Below, piece by piece: positions 54,161-61,911 of a stretch of 64,000 bases of DNA. How positions within the stretch are numbered: the stretch's first letter is position 1; each line of letters opens with the position of its first letter. The notes under the pieces are model-generated. The model ran no database searches and was not told where the DNA came from. It worked only from the letters and a program-made list of their open reading frames with translations. Source of the stretch: Collinsella sp. (GTDB lineage: Bacteria; Actinomycetota; Coriobacteriia; Coriobacteriales; Coriobacteriaceae); NCBI GenBank assembly GCA_048485235.1, contig DBFWCI010000004.1, forward strand, positions 3,267 through 67,266, in the 5' to 3' direction. A program made the position numbers and the translations under genes.

Positions 54161-54706
54161 ATGATGAAAAAGCTCGAAAACGAAGTGCTGCTGAGCCGTC
54201 GCGCTGCACTGGGCGCATTCGCCACCGTCGCCTTGGGGACTGCCGGTCTTCTTACCGGTTGTGGTAGCGATAAGGCGACCGTCACCGAGGACGCTGGCGA
54301 TGGCGACAAGAAGGAAGAGGCGAAGAAGGAAGAGCAGTCTACGACTGACCTGGCGGTTGGTGCGACGGTGACCACGGCTGCCGGTCTTTCCGTCGTTGTC
54401 GATTCCGTCCAGCCCGGCCTCACAAATTATGACGGTTCGACCATGACGGGTATTCACGTCACGTACGTCAACAATGGTGATGAGGGCGCAGATTACAACA
54501 TCTACGACTGGAAGGGCGAGGACGCCAACGGCGCTCAGCAGAATCAGGGTTACTACAGCGAGGGCTCCGATGAGCTGCAGTCTGGTACCCTTGCCGCTGG
54601 TGGCTCTGTGGCGGGCAATATCTACTTTGATGGCGATATCAAGAAGGCACTGTATTTTGCCAACATGTTTGATAAGTCTGCCACTGCAAGCTGGGTGTTG
54701 GCCTAG
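54161..54706 (+). CDS. DUF4352-family lipoprotein with Tat-like signal
   Basis: SRRAALGAFATVALGTAGLLTGC combines a twin-arginine motif with a lipobox. The beta-rich C-terminus resembles DUF4352. Confidence 0.8.
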   Translation: MMKKLENEVLLSRRAALGAFATVALGTAGLLTGCGSDKATVTEDAGDGDKKEEAKKEEQSTTDLAVGATVTTAAGLSVVVDSVQPGLTNYDGSTMTGIHVTYVNNGDEGADYNIYDWKGEDANGAQQNQGYYSEGSDELQSGTLAAGGSVAGNIYFDGDIKKALYFANMFDKSATASWVLA

Positions 54707-54745
54707 CATGTCGCTACCGTTGCGCCGTATGGGAGGTGAAGTCGT

Positions 54746-55168
54746 ATGCCCGATAAAAAGCTGACTGACGAGTTACTCAATGAGCTTCTCGACGCGCCAA
54801 ACATCGATGGCTATATCAAAGAACACGACTTTACCGCCCCGTCGCTTTCGAACTACCTGAAGCAGCTACTGCAGGAAAAGGGCTTGGAGCGCTCGCGCGT
54901 GGTTCGTATGGCCGATCTCAATGAGACCTTTGGCTATCAGATTTTTACCGGTGCGCGGCATCCGAGCCGCAATAAGGTGCTGCAGATTGCCTTTGCGATG
55001 GCGCTGACGCTCAAAGAGACTAACCGTGCGCTGACGGCTGCCGGGGTAAGCGTCCTTAACTGCAAGGACCGCCGCGATGCGATTATCATCTTTTGCATCG
55101 ATCGCGGGTGCAGCCTCCAAAAGGTCAACGAGGAGCTGTATCGCTTTGGCGAGGAGACGGTGAGTTAG
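54746..55168 (+). CDS. XRE-like helix-turn-helix domain protein
   Basis: ..LKQLLQEKGLERSRVVRMADLNETFGYQIFTGARHPSRNKVLQIAFAM.. HTH pattern. 140 aa. Confidence 0.7.
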   Translation: MPDKKLTDELLNELLDAPNIDGYIKEHDFTAPSLSNYLKQLLQEKGLERSRVVRMADLNETFGYQIFTGARHPSRNKVLQIAFAMALTLKETNRALTAAGVSVLNCKDRRDAIIIFCIDRGCSLQKVNEELYRFGEETVS

Positions 55169-55236
55169 CGGCTGATATCTGAGCCGGCGGAGCTGCCGAA
55201 CAACGATGCAAACGAACGGGGCGCGGATGCCATGGG

Positions 55237-56646
55237 GTGTCTGCGCCCTGCGCTATGATGGAGGCTATGGATACTCAGACTCCAACATATTCCGATGACG
55301 AGCTGACCGCAGCGCTTGCCGAGCACCTGGCGTCGCTCGATTGCGACGACAGCTATCGCGTGGAGCGTGTACTTAAGCGCTCGACCGTTGAAACAACCGA
55401 GCTCGTGTACTTTGAAGGAACCGGCGGTGGCTCGCTCGGCCCCTTTGTCCGTAAACGCATCGATGCTTCGGCTCAAATCGGCGGGGCATACGAGCGTCTG
55501 TTTGCCGTTCAGCGGGCAGGCAGGCGTTTTGAGCACCTGCCCAGAATCGTCGATTGTCGTCGTGTGGGCGACGAGCTCAACGTGGTTATGGAATACATCG
55601 AAGGGGAGACGCTCGGGGCGCTGGTGGACCGTCTGGGAGCCACCCCCGATTATGCGCGTGAATTGTATCCTGCCCTATGCGATGCCGTGGGCGAGCTCCA
55701 TGCCGGTTTTGCAATGGTGGGGGAGACGTCGGCGCCGGTGATCCATCGCGACCTCAAGCCGTCGAATATCATCGTGACAGGTGCCAACTATACGCCTGAT
55801 GACGGCCTGACATTTTCATCGCTGGTGATTATCGACCTGGGGATCGCGCGCGTATGGCGCGATGGCGCCGATGCCGACACCGTCAAGTTTGGCACGCGAC
55901 CCTATGCGCCGCCTGAGCAGTATGGGTTTGGGCAGACGAGTGTGCGCAGCGACGTCTACGCACTTGGCGCCCTGTTGTTCTTCTGCTTGACGGGAGTCGA
56001 CCCTAAACCAGGGCTTGACATGCGAGAGCAATGCGAGGCGCGCGGCATTCCCTCTCCACTTGCCGATGCCGTCTGCATGTCGATGGCGCTCGACCCGGCC
56101 AAGCGTTTTGCGAGCGCGGAAGCGTTGGGACGGGCGACGCGCGCGGCATACGATCTAAGTCGCCCCGTACGGCCTCCTGCGCCTGTGCTTGTCCGTACTC
56201 CGGCCTCGGAGACGGTGTTGACGCCCCAAGGGCTCCAGAACCCCACAGGGCTTCCTAGGCCTGCCGCCTTCGCTGCATGCGGTCTGCTCTCTCGCGTTCC
56301 GGAGTCTCTGGGGCGTATTTGGAATACGCTCGTCTGCTTCTCGCTGCTTGTGTTCTTTGCCGGAAGTCACTTTGCCGTCTTTCACCCCACCGGAGCAAAC
56401 CAAAGCTACCCGACGTGGCTTCTCATAATCGAGTATTTTTTCTTTGTCGATGGCCTTATGGTGCTTATGCATTTTGCGCTGCTCGATAAGCGCCGTCTTC
56501 GTCGGCGATTCGCACTGCTCGACAGCTATCGCGGCAAGAAACTCGCGAAACTCTGGTTCAAGGCATTGGGTGTGCTTCTCCTATGCATGATCGTCATAGT
56601 CGCGGTTGCCAATGCGACCGGCGTCGTTGATACCTCCGCTACCTAA
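55237..56646 (+). CDS. Membrane-anchored Ser/Thr protein kinase (Hanks type)
   Basis: HRDLKPSNIIV catalytic loop, DLGIAR, GTRPYAPPEQ, then C-terminal TM helices. Start codon uncertain. Confidence 0.88.
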   Translation: MSAPCAMMEAMDTQTPTYSDDELTAALAEHLASLDCDDSYRVERVLKRSTVETTELVYFEGTGGGSLGPFVRKRIDASAQIGGAYERLFAVQRAGRRFEHLPRIVDCRRVGDELNVVMEYIEGETLGALVDRLGATPDYARELYPALCDAVGELHAGFAMVGETSAPVIHRDLKPSNIIVTGANYTPDDGLTFSSLVIIDLGIARVWRDGADADTVKFGTRPYAPPEQYGFGQTSVRSDVYALGALLFFCLTGVDPKPGLDMREQCEARGIPSPLADAVCMSMALDPAKRFASAEALGRATRAAYDLSRPVRPPAPVLVRTPASETVLTPQGLQNPTGLPRPAAFAACGLLSRVPESLGRIWNTLVCFSLLVFFAGSHFAVFHPTGANQSYPTWLLIIEYFFFVDGLMVLMHFALLDKRRLRRRFALLDSYRGKKLAKLWFKALGVLLLCMIVIVAVANATGVVDTSAT

Positions 56647-56675
56647 AAGAAAAGGGCCCCATTGGGGCCCTTTGC
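56646..56675. terminator. Bidirectional terminator between convergent genes
   Basis: AAAAGAAAAGGGCCCCATTGGGGCCCTTT. Confidence 0.75.
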
Positions 56676-56683
56676 AGTTGCAC

Positions 56684-57817
56684 TTAGATGCGGTTCATCT
56701 GAGCGGCGACTTTGTTGTACCAGTCCTGCCATGTGGGCGGGCAGTACTTTTTGGCTGCAGCCGGGGTAAGGGTGGAGCCGTAGTTGGCGCCCAGATAGGC
56801 AACGTGAGCGGAGATGCCCTCGCTCCAGCTGCCAAAGCTGCGCCAACCGCCGCCACGTGCACTCCAGCCCCAGGCGTTGTAAGAATTGGCGCAATAAGCA
56901 CCCTTGGTGCTCTCGATACAGGCGATGGCGGGGGACCAACGGGGGTCGACACCGGTATTCCAAGCGGCGACGGCAAAGTTATAGCCCTGGCCTGCCATGG
57001 GGGAGCCGGCGAGATAATTGTCGATGCGGCTCGTCCACTCATTAATGAACGAATCGTAATCGGAGCTACCGGTATTGGCGTTGTTCACCGTGGTGTCGAT
57101 GGTGGTGTTGGTGTTGGTGGCCTGGCTGCTGGAATTGCTGCCGCTCACGCCCTCGCCCGAGAGCTTCTCGGCGGCAGCGGCCTTATCGGCCTCAAGCTTG
57201 GCAAGCTCGGCGGCATTTTCCTGCTCGGCTTTTGCCTGTGCCTCGCTGCGAAGCTGCTGGGCCTGCGCCAGCGCATCCTCGGCGTTTTTCTGCTCTGCCT
57301 CAAGCTGAGACTTGGCCTGCTGGAGCTCGGCCTTGTTCTGCTCGAGTTCGGTTTGCATGTTATTGAGCTGTTCGATCTCGTCGACGCTCGAGCTCGTGAT
57401 CTGGTTGGTGTATTTGCAGGTCGTGATGAACTCACCCAGGCTCTGTGCGTTGACCAGGAAGCTCACGATGGGATTGGTGCCCTTCTGATACTTGTACAGA
57501 TCGCGCATGGCGGAGCTTGCCTTGGCCTGCTGCTCGGGAAGCTTGGCCTCGATTTCCTCGATGCTTGCCTCATTGGAGTCAATCTGCTTTTGCAGGTCAT
57601 CGAGTTTGGTGCGGGCGTCGTTGTAGGCGCTCGTGGCGGCTTCGATCTTCTGCTGGGCTGCGGAAAGCTGGTCCTGCGTTGCCTGCGAGGCGGCATACGC
57701 CGCAACGGGGGAGAGCATCGGCGTGGCCGTCAGCGCAACGGCGAGCACGGCGCTCGTGATGATACGAGCCGGCTTCGACGCAATGAACGCTGCGGTGCGA
57801 TGATTCGAATGCTGCAT
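56684..57817 (-). CDS. Secreted coiled-coil protein with C-terminal putative peptidoglycan hydrolase (glucosaminidase-like) domain
   Basis: Start at ATG 57817 (GAGGG SD). Signal peptide ..AVALTATPMLSPVAAYA. Long Q/E/A-rich coiled coil like PcsB-type proteins. The C-terminal ..ACIESTKGAY..NAWGW..SWSEGISAHVAYL fits glucosaminidase motifs loosely. Confidence 0.7.
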   Translation of the reverse strand: MQHSNHRTAAFIASKPARIITSAVLAVALTATPMLSPVAAYAASQATQDQLSAAQQKIEAATSAYNDARTKLDDLQKQIDSNEASIEEIEAKLPEQQAKASSAMRDLYKYQKGTNPIVSFLVNAQSLGEFITTCKYTNQITSSSVDEIEQLNNMQTELEQNKAELQQAKSQLEAEQKNAEDALAQAQQLRSEAQAKAEQENAAELAKLEADKAAAAEKLSGEGVSGSNSSSQATNTNTTIDTTVNNANTGSSDYDSFINEWTSRIDNYLAGSPMAGQGYNFAVAAWNTGVDPRWSPAIACIESTKGAYCANSYNAWGWSARGGGWRSFGSWSEGISAHVAYLGANYGSTLTPAAAKKYCPPTWQDWYNKVAAQMNRI

Positions 57818-58051
57818 CCAGTCCCTCTGCAATCAATCGTAGGTTATGGTTCGAACGGTATTCTACTACTGCTTTCGACCTCAACTTGAACCTTAAAGGT
57901 TCCAAAGGGTCAAGTTGAACTTGAGGCTTTGGCTTTGACCTGCAGTTATGATGAATTGTTGAGAAACCATAGAGTTCAACTTTAACGTTACAGAGCTCTG
58001 TTTGAGAGGAGTTTTGGGCTGTAAAAGCCATCTCAACGTGGGGTTTTATAA

Positions 58052-58684
58052 CTACAGCGTGCCCTTCTGGCGAGCCTGCTCAATCTCTTCGAGGGCCTCG
58101 GCGGGGGTGAACGAACAGGTGCCGTCGCCGAGCTTGACTACCTGGATTTCGTCACCGGCGTTGACCTCTCCGCCCTTTAGTACCACGCCGAAAACGCCCT
58201 CGTGGGGAAAGATGCAGTCGCCGGCGAGATAGTAGATGGCGCAACGGGTGTGGCAGACCTTGCCGATTTGGCTGATTTCGACGAGCACGTCGCTTCCAAG
58301 CTTGAGCTGTGTGCCCAAAGGGAGCGAGAGCAGGTTGATGCCCCGGGTTGTGAAGTTCTCCCCAAAGTCACCCTCGTGTACGTCGAGCCCGCGTGCCTGC
58401 GCCGTCTGGATGGACTCCGCGGCTAAAAAGGAAACCTGACGGTGCCAATGTCCGGCGTGCGCATCGGTGGCGAGGCCAAATTGCTCTATAACGGTGTCGC
58501 GTCCATCGGCGACGGGCGACTTGCGAGTGCCCTTGTGTACCGACGTGTTGATCGAGACGATGTGGGCGGGTCCGTTGTAGGCGTCGTTTGCCGTGCACAG
58601 GGGAGCGGTCGCTTTCGCACGTTTCGCCAGCTCGCGCCTCGCGGCATTGAGGATGGGATTATCGGTCGGATGGTCTTGGGGCAC
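58052..58684 (-). CDS. MOSC domain-containing protein
   Basis: ..HAGHWHRQVSFLAAES..GDFGENFTTRGI..LGSDVLVEISQIGKVCH.. is the MOSC beta-barrel pattern. Confidence 0.85.
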   Translation of the reverse strand: MPQDHPTDNPILNAARRELAKRAKATAPLCTANDAYNGPAHIVSINTSVHKGTRKSPVADGRDTVIEQFGLATDAHAGHWHRQVSFLAAESIQTAQARGLDVHEGDFGENFTTRGINLLSLPLGTQLKLGSDVLVEISQIGKVCHTRCAIYYLAGDCIFPHEGVFGVVLKGGEVNAGDEIQVVKLGDGTCSFTPAEALEEIEQARQKGTL

Positions 58685-58918
58685 GTGCGCGCCTTTCGCT
58701 CGAGGATGTCAATACACTGAATCCTACAACAATGGTAGGTTCATTGCCCGTTGTCATACAACGGTGAGCGCCGTCTTCGTGCTGGCCTTCGTGCTGGACG
58801 ATTACGTCGATTGCCATAGATACGGTGGAGCTTTGGGCGCCGGCGGCTTGGCACGCTAGAATAAATCAGTTGCGCAAAGACCGCCCGTTGTGTGGGCAGT
58901 TCATGATAGGAAGTTTCC

Positions 58919-60175
58919 ATGGCATTGCAATTTACAGAGCGCGAGTTCATTCCCGTGCTGCTTGGTGGCGACATCAACGCCTATTCGGTGGCGCGCGCCT
59001 TCTACGAGGAGTACCAGGTCAAGAGTCTGGTCTTTGGCAAGTATCAGACGGGTCCCGCGTACCGCAGCCAGATTATCGACTACACGCCCAACGTGGATAT
59101 CGACACCATGCCCGTGATGCTCAAAACCGTCAACGGCATTGCCCAAGCGCATGCCGACAAGACTATTGTCCTTGTGGGCTGCGGCGACAACTATGTCGCT
59201 CTCGTGGCTCAAGCCAAGGATGCTCATGAGCTGGCGGATAACATCGTCGCTCCCTACGCGCCCTACAGCATGCTCGAGCAGTGCCAGAAGAAGGAGATCT
59301 TCTACGAGCTGTGCGAGAAGCATGGCGTGCCCTATCCACACACGTTTACCTTTACCAAGGCGATGCTCAATGCTCAGGGTGAGGCGCCTGCCGAAGTGCT
59401 CGACCAGATCGATTTTCCTTACCCGATGATTCTGAAGCCTTCTGACGGCATCATGTGGTGGCAGCATGAGTTCGAGGGCCAGAAGAAGGCCTATGAGATT
59501 GCCGACCGCGCCGAGCTGGAACAGGTCATTCGCGATTCGTATGCCAGCGGCTACACCGACGATCTGATCTTGCAGGATCGCGTGCCCGGCAACGACGAGT
59601 ACATGCGCGTGCTCACCAGCTATTCCGACCGCAACGGTAAGGTCCGCATGATGTGCCTGGGCCATGTGCTGCTCGAGGAGCATCAGCCCCACGGTGTCGG
59701 CAACCATGCCTGTATCATTACCGAGCCTAACGACGAACTCATGGGCGGCGTGCGCAAGTTGCTCGAGGACCTTCACTTTGTGGGCTATTCCAACTTTGAC
59801 GTTAAGTACGACGAGCGCGATGGCTCGTTTAAGTTCTTCGATTTCAACACGCGCCAGGGCCGCAGCAACTACTACGTCACCAACAGCGGCTTTAACGTTG
59901 CCAAGTATGTGGTGGACGAGTATGTGTTCAACCGCCCGTTTGAGCCGGAGTTTGTGACGGCGCAGGACGAGGCCCTGTGGATGGTCGTTCCCATGGGCGT
60001 CGTCGACAAGTACGTCAAGGATCCCGAGCTGCGCGCTAAGGTGCATCGCCTGGACAAGGAAGGCAAGGGCGCCGACCCTTCGTTTATGAAGGGCGACTTT
60101 GTCTTTAACCGCTGGCTGCGCATGTGGCACACCAAGCTGCGCCACTTTAAGCTGTTCAAGACGTATTACAAGTAG
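58919..60175 (+). CDS. ATP-grasp ligase (D-aspartate ligase-like)
   Basis: 418 aa. IPVLLGGDINAYSVARAF N-terminus and central ATP-grasp segment (PMILKPSDG..). Adjacent to an aspartate racemase gene, as for the enterococcal and lactococcal D-Asp ligases. Confidence 0.8.
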   Translation: MALQFTEREFIPVLLGGDINAYSVARAFYEEYQVKSLVFGKYQTGPAYRSQIIDYTPNVDIDTMPVMLKTVNGIAQAHADKTIVLVGCGDNYVALVAQAKDAHELADNIVAPYAPYSMLEQCQKKEIFYELCEKHGVPYPHTFTFTKAMLNAQGEAPAEVLDQIDFPYPMILKPSDGIMWWQHEFEGQKKAYEIADRAELEQVIRDSYASGYTDDLILQDRVPGNDEYMRVLTSYSDRNGKVRMMCLGHVLLEEHQPHGVGNHACIITEPNDELMGGVRKLLEDLHFVGYSNFDVKYDERDGSFKFFDFNTRQGRSNYYVTNSGFNVAKYVVDEYVFNRPFEPEFVTAQDEALWMVVPMGVVDKYVKDPELRAKVHRLDKEGKGADPSFMKGDFVFNRWLRMWHTKLRHFKLFKTYYK

Positions 60176-60259
60176 ATGAGCGCGGCGCCCGTCCGGTTTG
60201 CATCGGGCGGGCGCGGGTATGATACGCGCAATTGCGCAAGCGTCACCAAGGAGGCGGCG

Positions 60260-61006
60260 ATGGAAAAGCTGGGAGTTATCGGCGGCATGGGCGCCGAGGC
60301 CACGTCGTATTACTACGACCAGGTGGTGCGTCATACGGCTGCTGCCTGCGATCAGGAACATATCGACATGGTGGTGCTCTCCAAGTCGACCATGCCCGAC
60401 CGCACGTTGGCCATTAAGACCGGCGAGCATGCCAAGCTGCTGGCGACCATGAAAGAGTGTGCCCAGGCACTCGAGTCGCTGGGCTGTGCGCACATTGCCA
60501 TTCCCTGCAACACGTCGCACTACTTCTACGACCAGATCCAGTCGTTTACGAAGGTGCCGATTATCCACATGCCGCGTGAGTCGGTGCGCTATGCCCTTGC
60601 GGGTGCGGTGATGGGGGAGTGCGAGTTCGACCCCAACCTGAGTATGCCGGCCGAGCCGGTGCACAAGATTGGCATTATGGGAACCGATGGAACCGTGGGC
60701 GCGGGCGTCTACGGACGCGAATGTAAGGCTGCGGGTGTTGAGGTTGTCTATCCCAGCGAGAAACGTCAGAACGATGTGATGTCGCTTATCTACGATGACG
60801 TGAAGGCCGGACGTGAGCCCGATATGGATAAGTTCGACCGCGTGATGTGGGAGTTCGCCCGTAGCGGCTGCGACCGCGTCATTCTGGCCTGCACCGAGCT
60901 CTCGGTGCTGCAGAAGTACCGAGAGATGCCCGAGGTCACCCTCGACGCCATGGACGTCCTGGTGCGCGAATCCATCATCCGCAGCGGCGCCCCCTACCGC
61001 CTCTAG
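60260..61006 (+). CDS. Aspartate/glutamate racemase family protein (aspartate racemase-like)
   Basis: LGVIGGMGAEAT and IPCNTSHYF, with the second Cys in ILACTELS. Start at ATG 60260 (AAGGAGG SD). Confidence 0.88.
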   Translation: MEKLGVIGGMGAEATSYYYDQVVRHTAAACDQEHIDMVVLSKSTMPDRTLAIKTGEHAKLLATMKECAQALESLGCAHIAIPCNTSHYFYDQIQSFTKVPIIHMPRESVRYALAGAVMGECEFDPNLSMPAEPVHKIGIMGTDGTVGAGVYGRECKAAGVEVVYPSEKRQNDVMSLIYDDVKAGREPDMDKFDRVMWEFARSGCDRVILACTELSVLQKYREMPEVTLDAMDVLVRESIIRSGAPYRL

Positions 61007-61011
61007 CTTCC

Positions 61012-61048
61012 GACCTGCCAAAAAGGGACAGGTTTATTTTGGTAGGTT
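61012..61048 (+). repeat. Short hairpin repeat, GGGACAGGTT-core family (alpha type), copy 3
   Basis: GACCTGCCAAAAAGGGACAGGTTTATTTTGGTAGGTT. The stem ACCTGCCAAAA/ATTTTGGTAGGT is followed by TTTAT. Confidence 0.5.
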
Positions 61049-61065
61049 TTATCTGGTGAAACAGT

Positions 61066-61104
61066 AAAGGCTTCGGCTCGTTTGGTGCGAGCCGAAGCCT
61101 TTTG
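61066..61104. terminator. Bidirectional terminator between the racemase gene and ecfT
   Basis: AAAGGCTTCGGCTCG-TTTGGTG-CGAGCCGAAGCCTTT, a perfect 15-bp stem. Confidence 0.85.
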
Positions 61105-61131
61105 CGTTGGGTGGTTGCTGTCGGTGGCGAA

Positions 61132-61911
61132 CTAGAACAGGAAGCCGATGGCGATGAGGGCGATGCTGACGATGAGCACGGCGATGTCCAGACCCTTGAT
61201 GGGATAGCGCTTGTACGAGCTGGCGCGCGTACGCAGATAGAAGCCGCGCTGCTCTGCCGCCAAGGCTGTGGCATCGGTCTTGCCCACGCTCGAGATGAGC
61301 AGTGGCACACACAGTGGCAGCATGAGCTTAAGCTTCTTGATGGGGTTCTTGGTGTCGTACTCGACGCCGCGTGCGGTCTGCGCCTCCATGATGGCGTTCA
61401 TCTCCTGACCAAACACCGGCACAAAGCGCAACGCCGTGGTAAAGGTGAAGGCATAGCGATACGGCACGTGCAGCACCTCGACGCAGGCGTTGGCAAGGTC
61501 GTTGAGTTTGGTCACCATGAGCATGAGGATGAGTGGTAACGCCACGCCCAGTAGGCGCAGACAGGCCTTCGATCCTGTGATGAGGCCCGTGTCGGTGATA
61601 AAGCCCCACACCACGTTGCCATCGCGCATAAAGGCCAGCTGGAGCACCAGCATGATAAGCGCGAGTGGGATCAGCAACTTGAGCAGCGAGAACAGACGGT
61701 CGACGACGCCGGCATAGGCACCCAGCGCAAGGGTGAGTGCCAAAAAGCCCAGCAGCGCCACGTAGGTGTCGGACAAGAAGATGCCGACGATGATGGCGGC
61801 GGCGAGGCCCAGTTTGACGACGGGGTTCAGGCGATGCAGCAGCGTGTCACCCGGCATGTAGTCGATGACGTTAACCACGGTGGACCATCTCCTTGGTAAT
61901 TCGAACGACAT
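61132..61911 (-). CDS. ecfT: ECF transporter transmembrane (T) component
   Basis: 259 aa, CbiQ/EcfT-like. ..LHRLNPVVKL.. N-terminus and the conserved ARG..Y coupling-helix region (EAQTARGVEYD). Confidence 0.88.
   Translation of the reverse strand: MSFELPRRWSTVVNVIDYMPGDTLLHRLNPVVKLGLAAAIIVGIFLSDTYVALLGFLALTLALGAYAGVVDRLFSLLKLLIPLALIMLVLQLAFMRDGNVVWGFITDTGLITGSKACLRLLGVALPLILMLMVTKLNDLANACVEVLHVPYRYAFTFTTALRFVPVFGQEMNAIMEAQTARGVEYDTKNPIKKLKLMLPLCVPLLISSVGKTDATALAAEQRGFYLRTRASSYKRYPIKGLDIAVLIVSIALIAIGFLF

Noticed and set aside
56606-57889. 427-aa ORF on the plus strand
   Set aside because: It is antisense to the secreted coiled-coil hydrolase gene and crosses a bidirectional terminator.
58901-61021. 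706-aa ORF on the minus strand
   Set aside because: It is antisense to the ATP-grasp ligase and racemase genes and spans their intergenic gap. It has shadow-ORF composition and no SD.
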